Virus record (IMG/VR): IMGVR_UViG_3300020281_000010 | DNA: 64,000 nucleotides | DNA from: a virus | Reading direction: 5' to 3' (one strand) | In this document: piece by piece, positions 44,065 to 51,648 of the stretch | How the letters are laid out: each line of letters opens with the position of its first letter | Position numbering within the stretch: position 1 is the first letter of the stretch | Made by a program: the position numbers and the translations under genes | The notes under the pieces: model-generated | Seen by the model: only the letters and a program-made list of their open reading frames with translations | The model's database searches: none | Told to the model about the DNA's origin: nothing

Positions 44065-44484
44065 ATGACCAAAAAGATCGATCAGTACCGTGAAGAGTAT
44101 GCTGAGTACCTCGGCAGAGAGTGGGGAGGTCAGAAAGGAGGGGGATGCTTCAAGTTACTCTACGACTATGGAGTGAATACTGGTTATCACGTCTGTAAGG
44201 AAGACTATAGTCTGAATCAGCGTGCATTCCTCAAGTCTATATGGGATGACGAGGGATGGTCCGCCATCAAGACTTCCGAGATGGGCGAAGAGTTCGGTAT
44301 CGAGGATCTGGAGAAGTTTGACATTCTTCTGATGAATTTAGATAGCAATCGCTTGAATCACGGAGCATTGTATCTTGGAGATGGATTCGTATTACATCAC
44401 AAAGCATTTGATGTGTCTAGGATAGAAAAAGTAAAACCCTATATACCACAGACACTATATGTGATACGAAAGAATGTCTCATAG
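44065..44484 (+). CDS. NlpC/P60-family protein
   Basis: GGGCFKLL (Cys), FDILL..LDSNRLNHGALYLGDGFVLHH (His). Confidence 0.75.
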   Translation: MTKKIDQYREEYAEYLGREWGGQKGGGCFKLLYDYGVNTGYHVCKEDYSLNQRAFLKSIWDDEGWSAIKTSEMGEEFGIEDLEKFDILLMNLDSNRLNHGALYLGDGFVLHHKAFDVSRIEKVKPYIPQTLYVIRKNVS

Positions 44485-44641
44485 ATATATTCTCACCATA
44501 GATGAGGATGACGTTACTGGTGAATTGCTTCTAAACCTTCCTGATGATCTATTAGATGAGATGGGTTGGTATTATGGTGACGAACTAGAATACTCCATCG
44601 AGGATGATCAACTCACTTTGAAAAAGTTCAAAGAACCTTAG
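44474..44641 (+). CDS. AbrB/MazE-like small protein (55 aa)
   Basis: Hand translation ...TGELLLNLPDDLLDEMGWYYGDELEYSIEDDQLTLKK; swapped-hairpin pattern. Confidence 0.7.
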   Translation: MSHRYILTIDEDDVTGELLLNLPDDLLDEMGWYYGDELEYSIEDDQLTLKKFKEP

Positions 44642-44642
44642 T

Positions 44643-44828
44643 ATGAATTGGAACAAGTTATCAATCGAACACAAACAGGTCATTTATGATGCTGTACGTT
44701 ACTATCAGTTAAATAAGATCGCAACACCTTCGGGTGAACGCTATAATAAGTGTGATGAGATCTTATCATCTCTCTATGGTACTTTGAAACGGTATGAAAT
44801 TGCGTCCGACTCCGACTGTGACATCTGA
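44643..44828 (+). CDS. Hypothetical protein
   Basis: ORF track. Confidence 0.6.
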   Translation: MNWNKLSIEHKQVIYDAVRYYQLNKIATPSGERYNKCDEILSSLYGTLKRYEIASDSDCDI

Positions 44829-44997
44829 AACTTGGACGATCACAGTGACAAAAGAAGAACGTCAACTGATCTGTAATAGTGCTGCTTGGGCACTGATGTA
44901 TAAACCACAAGTGTGTGGTGGCAAGGAGTTAGAGAAAGTACAAGCGTTACATAGATCCCTGAGAGAGAAGTTAGATTGTACTGAGGGATTTGTATGA
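44794..44997 (+). CDS. Hypothetical protein
   Basis: ORF track; the real start may be GTG at about 44818. Confidence 0.5.
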   Translation: MKLRPTPTVTSETWTITVTKEERQLICNSAAWALMYKPQVCGGKELEKVQALHRSLREKLDCTEGFV

Positions 44998-45575
44998 CAC
45001 ACGATGACAAGTTTCATAAGATGCAACGTCAGAGGGTAGTGGATAATTTCCTGCCTGAGGAAGAGTTCTCTGAGATGAGAGAGGCGATATGTGGTGACCA
45101 ATGTTTTCCTTGGTATTTGAACCACGCAAAGGTAATGCACGTGGCAAGGATGATTGACCCAGATTTACAGGCGAAGGAGATATATAATTGGCAGATGGTA
45201 CACAAGTTCTATGAGGGCGGGAGACCTCAGAGTCCACAGTGGGATTTGATCTTACCTTTGATCAATCGGATACAACCGAGAGCGTTAATACGTGTCAAGG
45301 CGAATCTGAACCATCACACAGACGAATTAATAGAATACGATTATCACACAGACTGTGGGGAGTATTATCCTGACGGTGGTGAGAACGTCTTTGCAGGCGC
45401 TACAACCGCTGTGTTCTATCTAAATGATAACGATGGTTATACGTTCTTTAAGGACGGTACCAGAGTTAAATCTAGGGCGAACAGGATTGTCTTCTTTCCA
45501 GTCAATACACCACACGCAGGTACATCAACAACAAACACTAAATTTCGATTTGTGCTAAACTTAAATTACTTCTAA
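44994..45575 (+). CDS. 2OG-Fe(II) oxygenase
   Basis: VVDNFLP...YHTD...FYLNDNDGYT...ANRIVFFP...PHAGTS...RFVLNLNY. Confidence 0.88.
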   Translation: MTHDDKFHKMQRQRVVDNFLPEEEFSEMREAICGDQCFPWYLNHAKVMHVARMIDPDLQAKEIYNWQMVHKFYEGGRPQSPQWDLILPLINRIQPRALIRVKANLNHHTDELIEYDYHTDCGEYYPDGGENVFAGATTAVFYLNDNDGYTFFKDGTRVKSRANRIVFFPVNTPHAGTSTTNTKFRFVLNLNYF

Positions 45576-45632
45576 GGTATTAAACATACTAAGACGTTAC
45601 CCCGCGAGCGTCGTAACTATTCTAAAACTACT

Positions 45633-46517
45633 ATGAAATACGAACTCTATACGTGGACCTACGATAGGAACTGGGACCAAAACTGGGTACCTAACTTTAC
45701 CCAACCTCTGAATACGAAGAACTCTGGTAATGACGTGCAAGCGCCGCGTCGAAAGGAATTGTTGGAAGAACTGGAAAGTAAGGGAGATAATGAACTAATC
45801 GAGGTGTTGGGTTTGAGGGGATGTCCGAAAGGGACTGTAGTAACGTGTCTGCCTGGTGAGATCTGGAGATGCTTGCGTCATTATGAATCTGGTAGGGAAG
45901 TTATCATACCGTACTACCACGTGAGCAATCTGGGGCGACTTGTGAGTCACGTGCATCATCCCAGTTATAATAAGAAGTTTAAGTGTAGTGATACGTGGTC
46001 TAGAGAATACAACTGTCTTGCTTTCGGTAAGATGAAGAGTACGAAAGGTCTGGACGGTAAGTGGAGAGACCGTATTCATTATAAAATTAAGTATCGTGAT
46101 GGCGATAAGTGGTACTTTGCTCCATTGCTTCTCCCAGAGGGAGTGAATGGTAAGAATGCTCCATTTGTAAGTGCTGCTGCAGAGCAGGGTACAAAGGATA
46201 TTGGATCACATCAGATCATCGCTGCTACATTCATTGATATATGTGAAGTTCCTCCTACCTGCAGGGACACTGAGTTCTTGAGAGACATTGGTTGGGATCG
46301 TATGTCCAAGAAGGGCAAACGTAAGATGGCATCTCTATTTGAGATTGATCATATGAACCAAAGGTGTTATGATAGTAGGTGGACAAACCTAGAACGTAAG
46401 AGGGGAGTTGATAACAACTTCGAGGCATTGATTGCTCGTGGTGGAAACCATAGTAATAGTCACGAAGAAGCATTCGTCTCTTCTAAAGAATCTGTACTTG
46501 ATCAATTTTTCGTATGA
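45633..46517 (+). CDS. NUMOD4/HNH-like endonuclease
   Basis: EIWRCL..YHVSNLGRL...SHQIIAATFI...EIDHMNQRCYDSRWTNLE. Confidence 0.65.
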   Translation: MKYELYTWTYDRNWDQNWVPNFTQPLNTKNSGNDVQAPRRKELLEELESKGDNELIEVLGLRGCPKGTVVTCLPGEIWRCLRHYESGREVIIPYYHVSNLGRLVSHVHHPSYNKKFKCSDTWSREYNCLAFGKMKSTKGLDGKWRDRIHYKIKYRDGDKWYFAPLLLPEGVNGKNAPFVSAAAEQGTKDIGSHQIIAATFIDICEVPPTCRDTEFLRDIGWDRMSKKGKRKMASLFEIDHMNQRCYDSRWTNLERKRGVDNNFEALIARGGNHSNSHEEAFVSSKESVLDQFFV

Positions 46518-46810
46518 GCATTGAATTTCCTGCTGAACAGCAACCTACCCCAGGTGTACCACAGTTCGAATCTTATGAAGAAGAACTGGAATGGCGATTT
46601 GAGAAGGTTGCTTCTTCTATTAAGAACCTTGCACACCGTGCAGCAACTATAGAAGCGTTCCTCCAGAGGGGTGCAGATATGATTCAGTACAAACCTGAGG
46701 GTCAAGAGAAACACTTGAACCTGACTGCACTGTTTGACAATCTGTTTGAGCGACTAAATAAAATTGAGGAAGATGTAGCCCAATTAAAGAGTGAGCATAT
46801 TCATAATTGA
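46514..46810 (+). CDS. Hypothetical protein
   Basis: ORF track; ATGA coupling. Confidence 0.65.
   Translation: MSIEFPAEQQPTPGVPQFESYEEELEWRFEKVASSIKNLAHRAATIEAFLQRGADMIQYKPEGQEKHLNLTALFDNLFERLNKIEEDVAQLKSEHIHN
46755..46760 (+). promoter_or_regulatory. T4-type late promoter
   Basis: TAAATA 31 nt upstream of the 46791 GTG. Confidence 0.55.
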
Positions 46811-49800
46811 AACGGGGAGAAGTTATGAGAATCCTATTGATTCTTATGACTACCAACGTCAATACACAACTGATGATCACCCGTCCTTTTCAGGTAATGA
46901 TGAGGATGGGAGACCGCTTGGGCAGATTCAGATTGAAGGTATGGGACCTGGATCCTATGCCTTTGGTCGTGATGAGGTATATTACATCGGTGTACAGAAT
47001 GAGACTTGTATTGCACACTGTGATGTAGAGAGAAGAGAGGTATATCGTTTTTATAGTGCACGTAGAGAGGATCATACTTATTGGTATGACACGGAGATGC
47101 CTGATAAGTCTCCACAGAATCCAAAGAGGTATAACAGAGAACCTAGGAATGGTATCTGGTCATTTTACTTAATGGCAGAGTCCCAGACTGGGACCAATCC
47201 GTTATACTTACATTATGATTCTGCAAACTTTAATTCTTATTTTTCTAGTTCTTCTAGTGGTGCTGTAGAACTGCTTGGACATATCTTCACTGGTAATAGC
47301 GCACCTAGTGATGTATTGAATCCAGGTGAGACACTACAACCTCTATATCACTATAGAAAGAACGTAAACGGTGATGTCGATGATTTCTACACCGTAAACC
47401 CTGCAGGAGAGGTCAATCTACAGATTGGTATCCCAGGAGTGCCTGATTCACCTCAACCTAGAGGACAGGAATATCAATATCAAGGTATCTATGGGTATGT
47501 ACTGAATGCATTTGCCCCTAGAAAGAGAGGAACCATCGTAGATACTGGTGGTCCACAGAATACTGGTGAAGTAGACCGTACTGGTTGGTATAATTACAAC
47601 TCAACTTACTCTAGAAGGAGATATGAAGACGAAACACTGACTCCTGCACAACAAGGATGGGGTGATCCTAATGCAGCAGACATTGCTGACAACAAAGCAA
47701 ACTTCGAATGGTACTTTGGTAAGAATGGAGCAGTCAAATGTGCACTGCCTAGGTTCTTAGGATTCCACGATGCCTTTGAAGGGCAGTTTGTGTACTATCT
47801 GTACAATACAGAGTATCCATTTGCGGGACCTGTCTTTGGTATTAACTTTACTACCACTGATGCCCCTTGTATTACTGGTAATAAGGCAGGACAGCAAGAA
47901 CCTGTTATCACATATAAGAGTATCTACTATAAAATTAGAGAAGATGCGTGGCAAACACAGAAAACACACATAAAAGTTGCTGCACCTAACGGAGATGGCA
48001 TCGCAGATTCATTCTGGGGGTGTGGAACAGACGATCAGATGCTGTTTTTCCGTTATACATCGTCAACTGGTGCATTTTTGATCGGTGATGAGATCAAAAA
48101 CTGGCGTATTAGTCAAGTTAGGTACTTTGGAGACGAACTTAGATGCGGTTATATGCGTTTAAGACAGAAAAAATCACGTAATGGTGGGACTTTTAGTTAT
48201 AATGAGACAATTACCGCCCCTGATGGTGCAACTGCACTCGCTTTGGCGGGTTATGGCATCAAAGATCGCGCTGCTTTCTTCGGAGTGTACGAATTTCCGA
48301 AAAAAATCAGTTATTTTAAGGTAGAAATTGATAATAGAGCGTTAATTCCAAGAAGAACACTCGATGAAGCGATTCTAGAGGCAACTATTGACAAAAAAGG
48401 GCGTGTTGGGTCGATTGAGATCATTAATGCGGGTCTTGGTTATGTCAATCCCGATGTTGTGGTGTCTATTCCCGACGAATTGAAGGAAGAAGGGTTCACA
48501 GATACCGCAGAGAACTCAGTTGAGGCATTTTCGAGCAGTGGACTCAATGATTACAACATAAATCTTGAAACTAGCGATGAATTTGAGTCTGGAGACAAAG
48601 CACCTCGTAAATTAGTGCGTAAAATTAAAAAAGAGAAGTTTATAACTGATGCAGGGTTCCAAAAAGAAATCAGACAGGCAAAAGCACGTATTACACTGAA
48701 TGAAGAGGGTGCTGTTAAGTCTGTAACCATTACTGAGAAGGGAAAAGGTTATACACCTGGGGATAAAGTTGCTGTTTACGTTGTAGAGAGGGAAACTGAG
48801 TCTAGACAAGACGATTTCATCGGTTCTGGGATGAAAGAGACTACTAAACGCTTCAATAAGTCATTTAATGACCCAGATATGCCGATGGTAGACACTCCTG
48901 CCAGAGTTCGGGATGAAAATGGCAATCTTGTGACTGTTTCTACCAATACTTTGTTTGATGACGCACAATCTGCCTATGCAGACGCTGTTGGAGAGTTTGA
49001 CGAACCTGTTACGACCACATATACGACATCTTATCTCAAAGCACACGAAAAGAGTGATACTGAGAAGTTGAAGTTCTGTAAAGATGTGATTCCTGTTGAA
49101 TGTTTAGACCCAGGAGTAGGTTCTGACTGGCATAAACTGTCAACTTACATCGATCCTTCAAAGATGTACGCGCAGGCAAAGCAATGGAATCCCGAGTTAG
49201 AGAAGGAAGAGGAGGCAATTTCTCGTCTTGTTACTGATAGTGAGGACAGTTCTGAGACAATTAACCGTAGATTGAACAATGGAATGAACGGAATCCTCGG
49301 TGGAGAGTGTCTTGAGGTGGCACAAAGCGTTTTATACGGTGTCAGACGCTTCTTTGACATCCCTTGTCCCGAAGTTAAGATGGGAAAGGACGGAGTTTCG
49401 CGTACTTTTGGATTTTTACCGTACAAATATTGCGGATCTAGCAGAGAACACGCACAAGTTAAGGTAACAATGGAGGTTGAAGGCAATGTAATGAAGAAAG
49501 GAGAGGCAATAAACACCGATTTTATCGACTTTTTGAAGGAATTACCCAAACCAACCCTTACTGCACCGCGTATTGTGGGTATTGCAGGTAAAGATAAGTC
49601 GCATTCTTGTAAGAGAGGGTCAAATGTGGAGGGTAAATGCTACGAAAGTGGTAAAGGTCAGTACACATTCGTCCCAGATTCGGGTGATGAGAACACTTTT
49701 GACTTCTATGGTACAGAATTAGAGCAGTTGGAGACGTGGTTAGGTGATGGAAACTTCAGTTCTTATGGTACAGGCACCTCTACGCACACTGTTACTACTG

Positions 49801-50222
49801 GTAATCCACCCACAACACAGACTTATACCCTTACATACAACACAATTCAACTCGCATCCTGCTCTGGAGGCAAGTTTCCGAATCCCTGTTGGCATAATTT
49901 TGTGGTAGATGGTGTATTAGATACCTATAACTCTTGGGATAACAGTGGAAATGCGAATGATGACTGGGCAAGTAACCTCTGTAGCGATGCTCCATTCAGT
50001 AATTACTTCACAAACTGTGCTGCATTAAGAAATGTGATCTATGCAACCATCGCTTTTGACCCAGGTGCGATCTCAGATATTGACAATAACATTGAACTTG
50101 CAGCGATTTCGGGTAGATTGAACTATACAAACTACTTGACAGGAGCAACTATCCTTATGGATAGGTCCCTAGATAACTTTGGGAACCCATATTTCGACGA
50201 ATGTGATCTAACGGAATACTAA
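46791..50222 (+). CDS. Large virion/baseplate-associated protein
   Basis: 1143 aa; repeated LY.[FHY]Y...D.FYT motifs and I.IIN.G.GY..P.V.I units; directly upstream of PAAR and gp25. Confidence 0.7.
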   Translation: MSIFIIETGRSYENPIDSYDYQRQYTTDDHPSFSGNDEDGRPLGQIQIEGMGPGSYAFGRDEVYYIGVQNETCIAHCDVERREVYRFYSARREDHTYWYDTEMPDKSPQNPKRYNREPRNGIWSFYLMAESQTGTNPLYLHYDSANFNSYFSSSSSGAVELLGHIFTGNSAPSDVLNPGETLQPLYHYRKNVNGDVDDFYTVNPAGEVNLQIGIPGVPDSPQPRGQEYQYQGIYGYVLNAFAPRKRGTIVDTGGPQNTGEVDRTGWYNYNSTYSRRRYEDETLTPAQQGWGDPNAADIADNKANFEWYFGKNGAVKCALPRFLGFHDAFEGQFVYYLYNTEYPFAGPVFGINFTTTDAPCITGNKAGQQEPVITYKSIYYKIREDAWQTQKTHIKVAAPNGDGIADSFWGCGTDDQMLFFRYTSSTGAFLIGDEIKNWRISQVRYFGDELRCGYMRLRQKKSRNGGTFSYNETITAPDGATALALAGYGIKDRAAFFGVYEFPKKISYFKVEIDNRALIPRRTLDEAILEATIDKKGRVGSIEIINAGLGYVNPDVVVSIPDELKEEGFTDTAENSVEAFSSSGLNDYNINLETSDEFESGDKAPRKLVRKIKKEKFITDAGFQKEIRQAKARITLNEEGAVKSVTITEKGKGYTPGDKVAVYVVERETESRQDDFIGSGMKETTKRFNKSFNDPDMPMVDTPARVRDENGNLVTVSTNTLFDDAQSAYADAVGEFDEPVTTTYTTSYLKAHEKSDTEKLKFCKDVIPVECLDPGVGSDWHKLSTYIDPSKMYAQAKQWNPELEKEEEAISRLVTDSEDSSETINRRLNNGMNGILGGECLEVAQSVLYGVRRFFDIPCPEVKMGKDGVSRTFGFLPYKYCGSSREHAQVKVTMEVEGNVMKKGEAINTDFIDFLKELPKPTLTAPRIVGIAGKDKSHSCKRGSNVEGKCYESGKGQYTFVPDSGDENTFDFYGTELEQLETWLGDGNFSSYGTGTSTHTVTTGNPPTTQTYTLTYNTIQLASCSGGKFPNPCWHNFVVDGVLDTYNSWDNSGNANDDWASNLCSDAPFSNYFTNCAALRNVIYATIAFDPGAISDIDNNIELAAISGRLNYTNYLTGATILMDRSLDNFGNPYFDECDLTEY

Positions 50223-50743
50223 TGGCACTAGGATTAAACAAACCAGTAGCGAATCATAACGGTTTACCTTGTACAGGACACGGTATTCCGATTCCTTCTA
50301 CAATTCACTCTACACAAGCGTGTAACACACCTCCTATTAGGTTAGGAATCGTGATGAAGAACAAAACTTGCTTGTGGCCACCTACTCCTTTGGTGCCTTT
50401 GACTGCTCTTAACCCTGCTAGGGCGATGGTAGTGGTCAATGGTCTGCCAATTATGATTAATGGTGATGCATTTACACCTCATTTGTCACCGACAACCAAT
50501 ATTATTAATTATTTGTGTCCTTGTGGTAAAGCAACTTGTATTATTCCGACTCCAACAGTCTGTTCACTTCTGACTGCTGAGGATATATCAGGTGGTCACC
50601 CTAGAGTCCTCTCAACGGGTACATATCAGTCTGTAAGGGCGTTCAAGATACCGATAGGTAGATTGGGTGATTCACTAGGTCCGAAGGGGTATCCGTGCTC
50701 TTCTAAGATCGCTTATGGATCTCCTAATGTCCTAGCAGGATAA
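50222..50743 (+). CDS. PAAR-like spike tip protein (gp5.4-like)
   Basis: CTGHG, VVVNGLPIMINGD, GHPR, VRAFKIPIGRLGD, CSSKIAYGSPNVLAG. Confidence 0.8.
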   Translation: MALGLNKPVANHNGLPCTGHGIPIPSTIHSTQACNTPPIRLGIVMKNKTCLWPPTPLVPLTALNPARAMVVVNGLPIMINGDAFTPHLSPTTNIINYLCPCGKATCIIPTPTVCSLLTAEDISGGHPRVLSTGTYQSVRAFKIPIGRLGDSLGPKGYPCSSKIAYGSPNVLAG

Positions 50744-50778
50744 ATGTGTTATAATTCTACGGTAGTCACACAACAATT

Positions 50779-50925
50779 ATGGCACGAGCAAAAGTAGGTC
50801 TCTCTGGAGGCGTCTTTATTGAGTCTGCTCCTAAGAGCACCCGTCAAGGAAGTTCTAAGAACACAAAATACTCAGCAACTTCCCGTAATAAGGCGAAAAA
50901 GAAGTATAGGGGTCAAGGTCGATGA
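50779..50925 (+). CDS. Small basic protein (48 aa)
   Basis: Hand translation MARAKVG...TRQGSSKNTKYSATSRNKAKKKYRGQGR; extended -10 TGtTATAAT upstream. Confidence 0.65.
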   Translation: MARAKVGLSGGVFIESAPKSTRQGSSKNTKYSATSRNKAKKKYRGQGR

Positions 50926-51080
50926 GACCTGAGACTCGCGAAGCGATGGAAATGCTCTGGGGTGCTAAATGGAATCTTCCTAAAGCAGCAGAGCATTGTG
51001 GTCTCACTAACAAAGAGATGAAGATTACATTCAATGAATATTGTGCTTTTCATCCTCCTACGTGGAAGGAATCTAAATAA
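50922..51080 (+). CDS. Small HTH-like protein (52 aa)
   Basis: Hand translation MRPETREAMEMLWGAKWNLPKAAEHCGLTNKEMK.... Confidence 0.6.
   Translation: MRPETREAMEMLWGAKWNLPKAAEHCGLTNKEMKITFNEYCAFHPPTWKESK
51074..51079 (+). promoter_or_regulatory. T4-type late promoter
   Basis: TAAATA overlapping a stop codon, directly upstream of the pseudoknot leader. Confidence 0.6.
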
Positions 51081-51086
51081 AAGCAT

Positions 51087-51115
51087 TAGTGATAGGAACC
51101 ACTATAAAAGTTCTT
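51087..51115 (+). promoter_or_regulatory. Candidate H-type RNA pseudoknot in a late leader
   Basis: S1 TAGTG/CACTA, L1 AT, S2 AGGAAC/GTTCTT, L3 TAAAA. Confidence 0.45.
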
Positions 51116-51137
51116 CATTTAACAACGGAGAACAACT

Positions 51138-51284
51138 ATGGTTAGGGTAGATCAAGCGGATTGGTTCATCCAATCTGGTATGAGACTAGTAACTGATCCT
51201 AGAGCTGATAAATACTTAAAACAAGTATCAGATCGTGGCGCGTTACAGGTTCAGAGCAGAGAAAAACCTAAGCAGACAGTTTAG
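51138..51284 (+). CDS. Small hypothetical protein (48 aa)
   Basis: GGAG RBS; MVRVDQADWFIQSGMRLVTDPRADKYLKQV.... Confidence 0.55.
   Translation: MVRVDQADWFIQSGMRLVTDPRADKYLKQVSDRGALQVQSREKPKQTV
51209..51214 (+). promoter_or_regulatory. T4-type late promoter for gp25
   Basis: TAAATA 21 nt upstream of the gp25 GTG. Confidence 0.6.
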
Positions 51285-51645
51285 GGACTTCAGTATTGGG
51301 ATGAAAGCAAATCCTAATACTGAAGATTTTTCTATTGTAAAAAACGAAAACGCAATCAAGCAGGCAATGAAGAACCTGTTGTTGACACAATTTGGTGAAA
51401 GACCTTTTCAACCAAAAACAGGTTCTCGTGTCAAATCGATGTTGTTTGAAAACTTCGATGTCTTTATGATTGAGGGTTTGACTGACGAAATCAGAAATAC
51501 ACTGAAACGTCTAGAACCTAGGGTGGCAGTTAATGATGTTCGTTGTAGTGTCGATGATACTAACGAACTAGCAGTGGAGATTGATTACACAATCATTGGT
51601 GAACAACTTGTTTACACTGTAGACTTCCTCTTAGAGAAGGCGTAA
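51235..51645 (+). CDS. gp25: Baseplate wedge subunit gp25
   Basis: VKNENAIKQAMKNLLLTQFGERPFQP..GS.V..LFE...I...EPRV. Confidence 0.92.
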   Translation: MARYRFRAEKNLSRQFRDFSIGMKANPNTEDFSIVKNENAIKQAMKNLLLTQFGERPFQPKTGSRVKSMLFENFDVFMIEGLTDEIRNTLKRLEPRVAVNDVRCSVDDTNELAVEIDYTIIGEQLVYTVDFLLEKA

Positions 51646-51648
51646 AAA

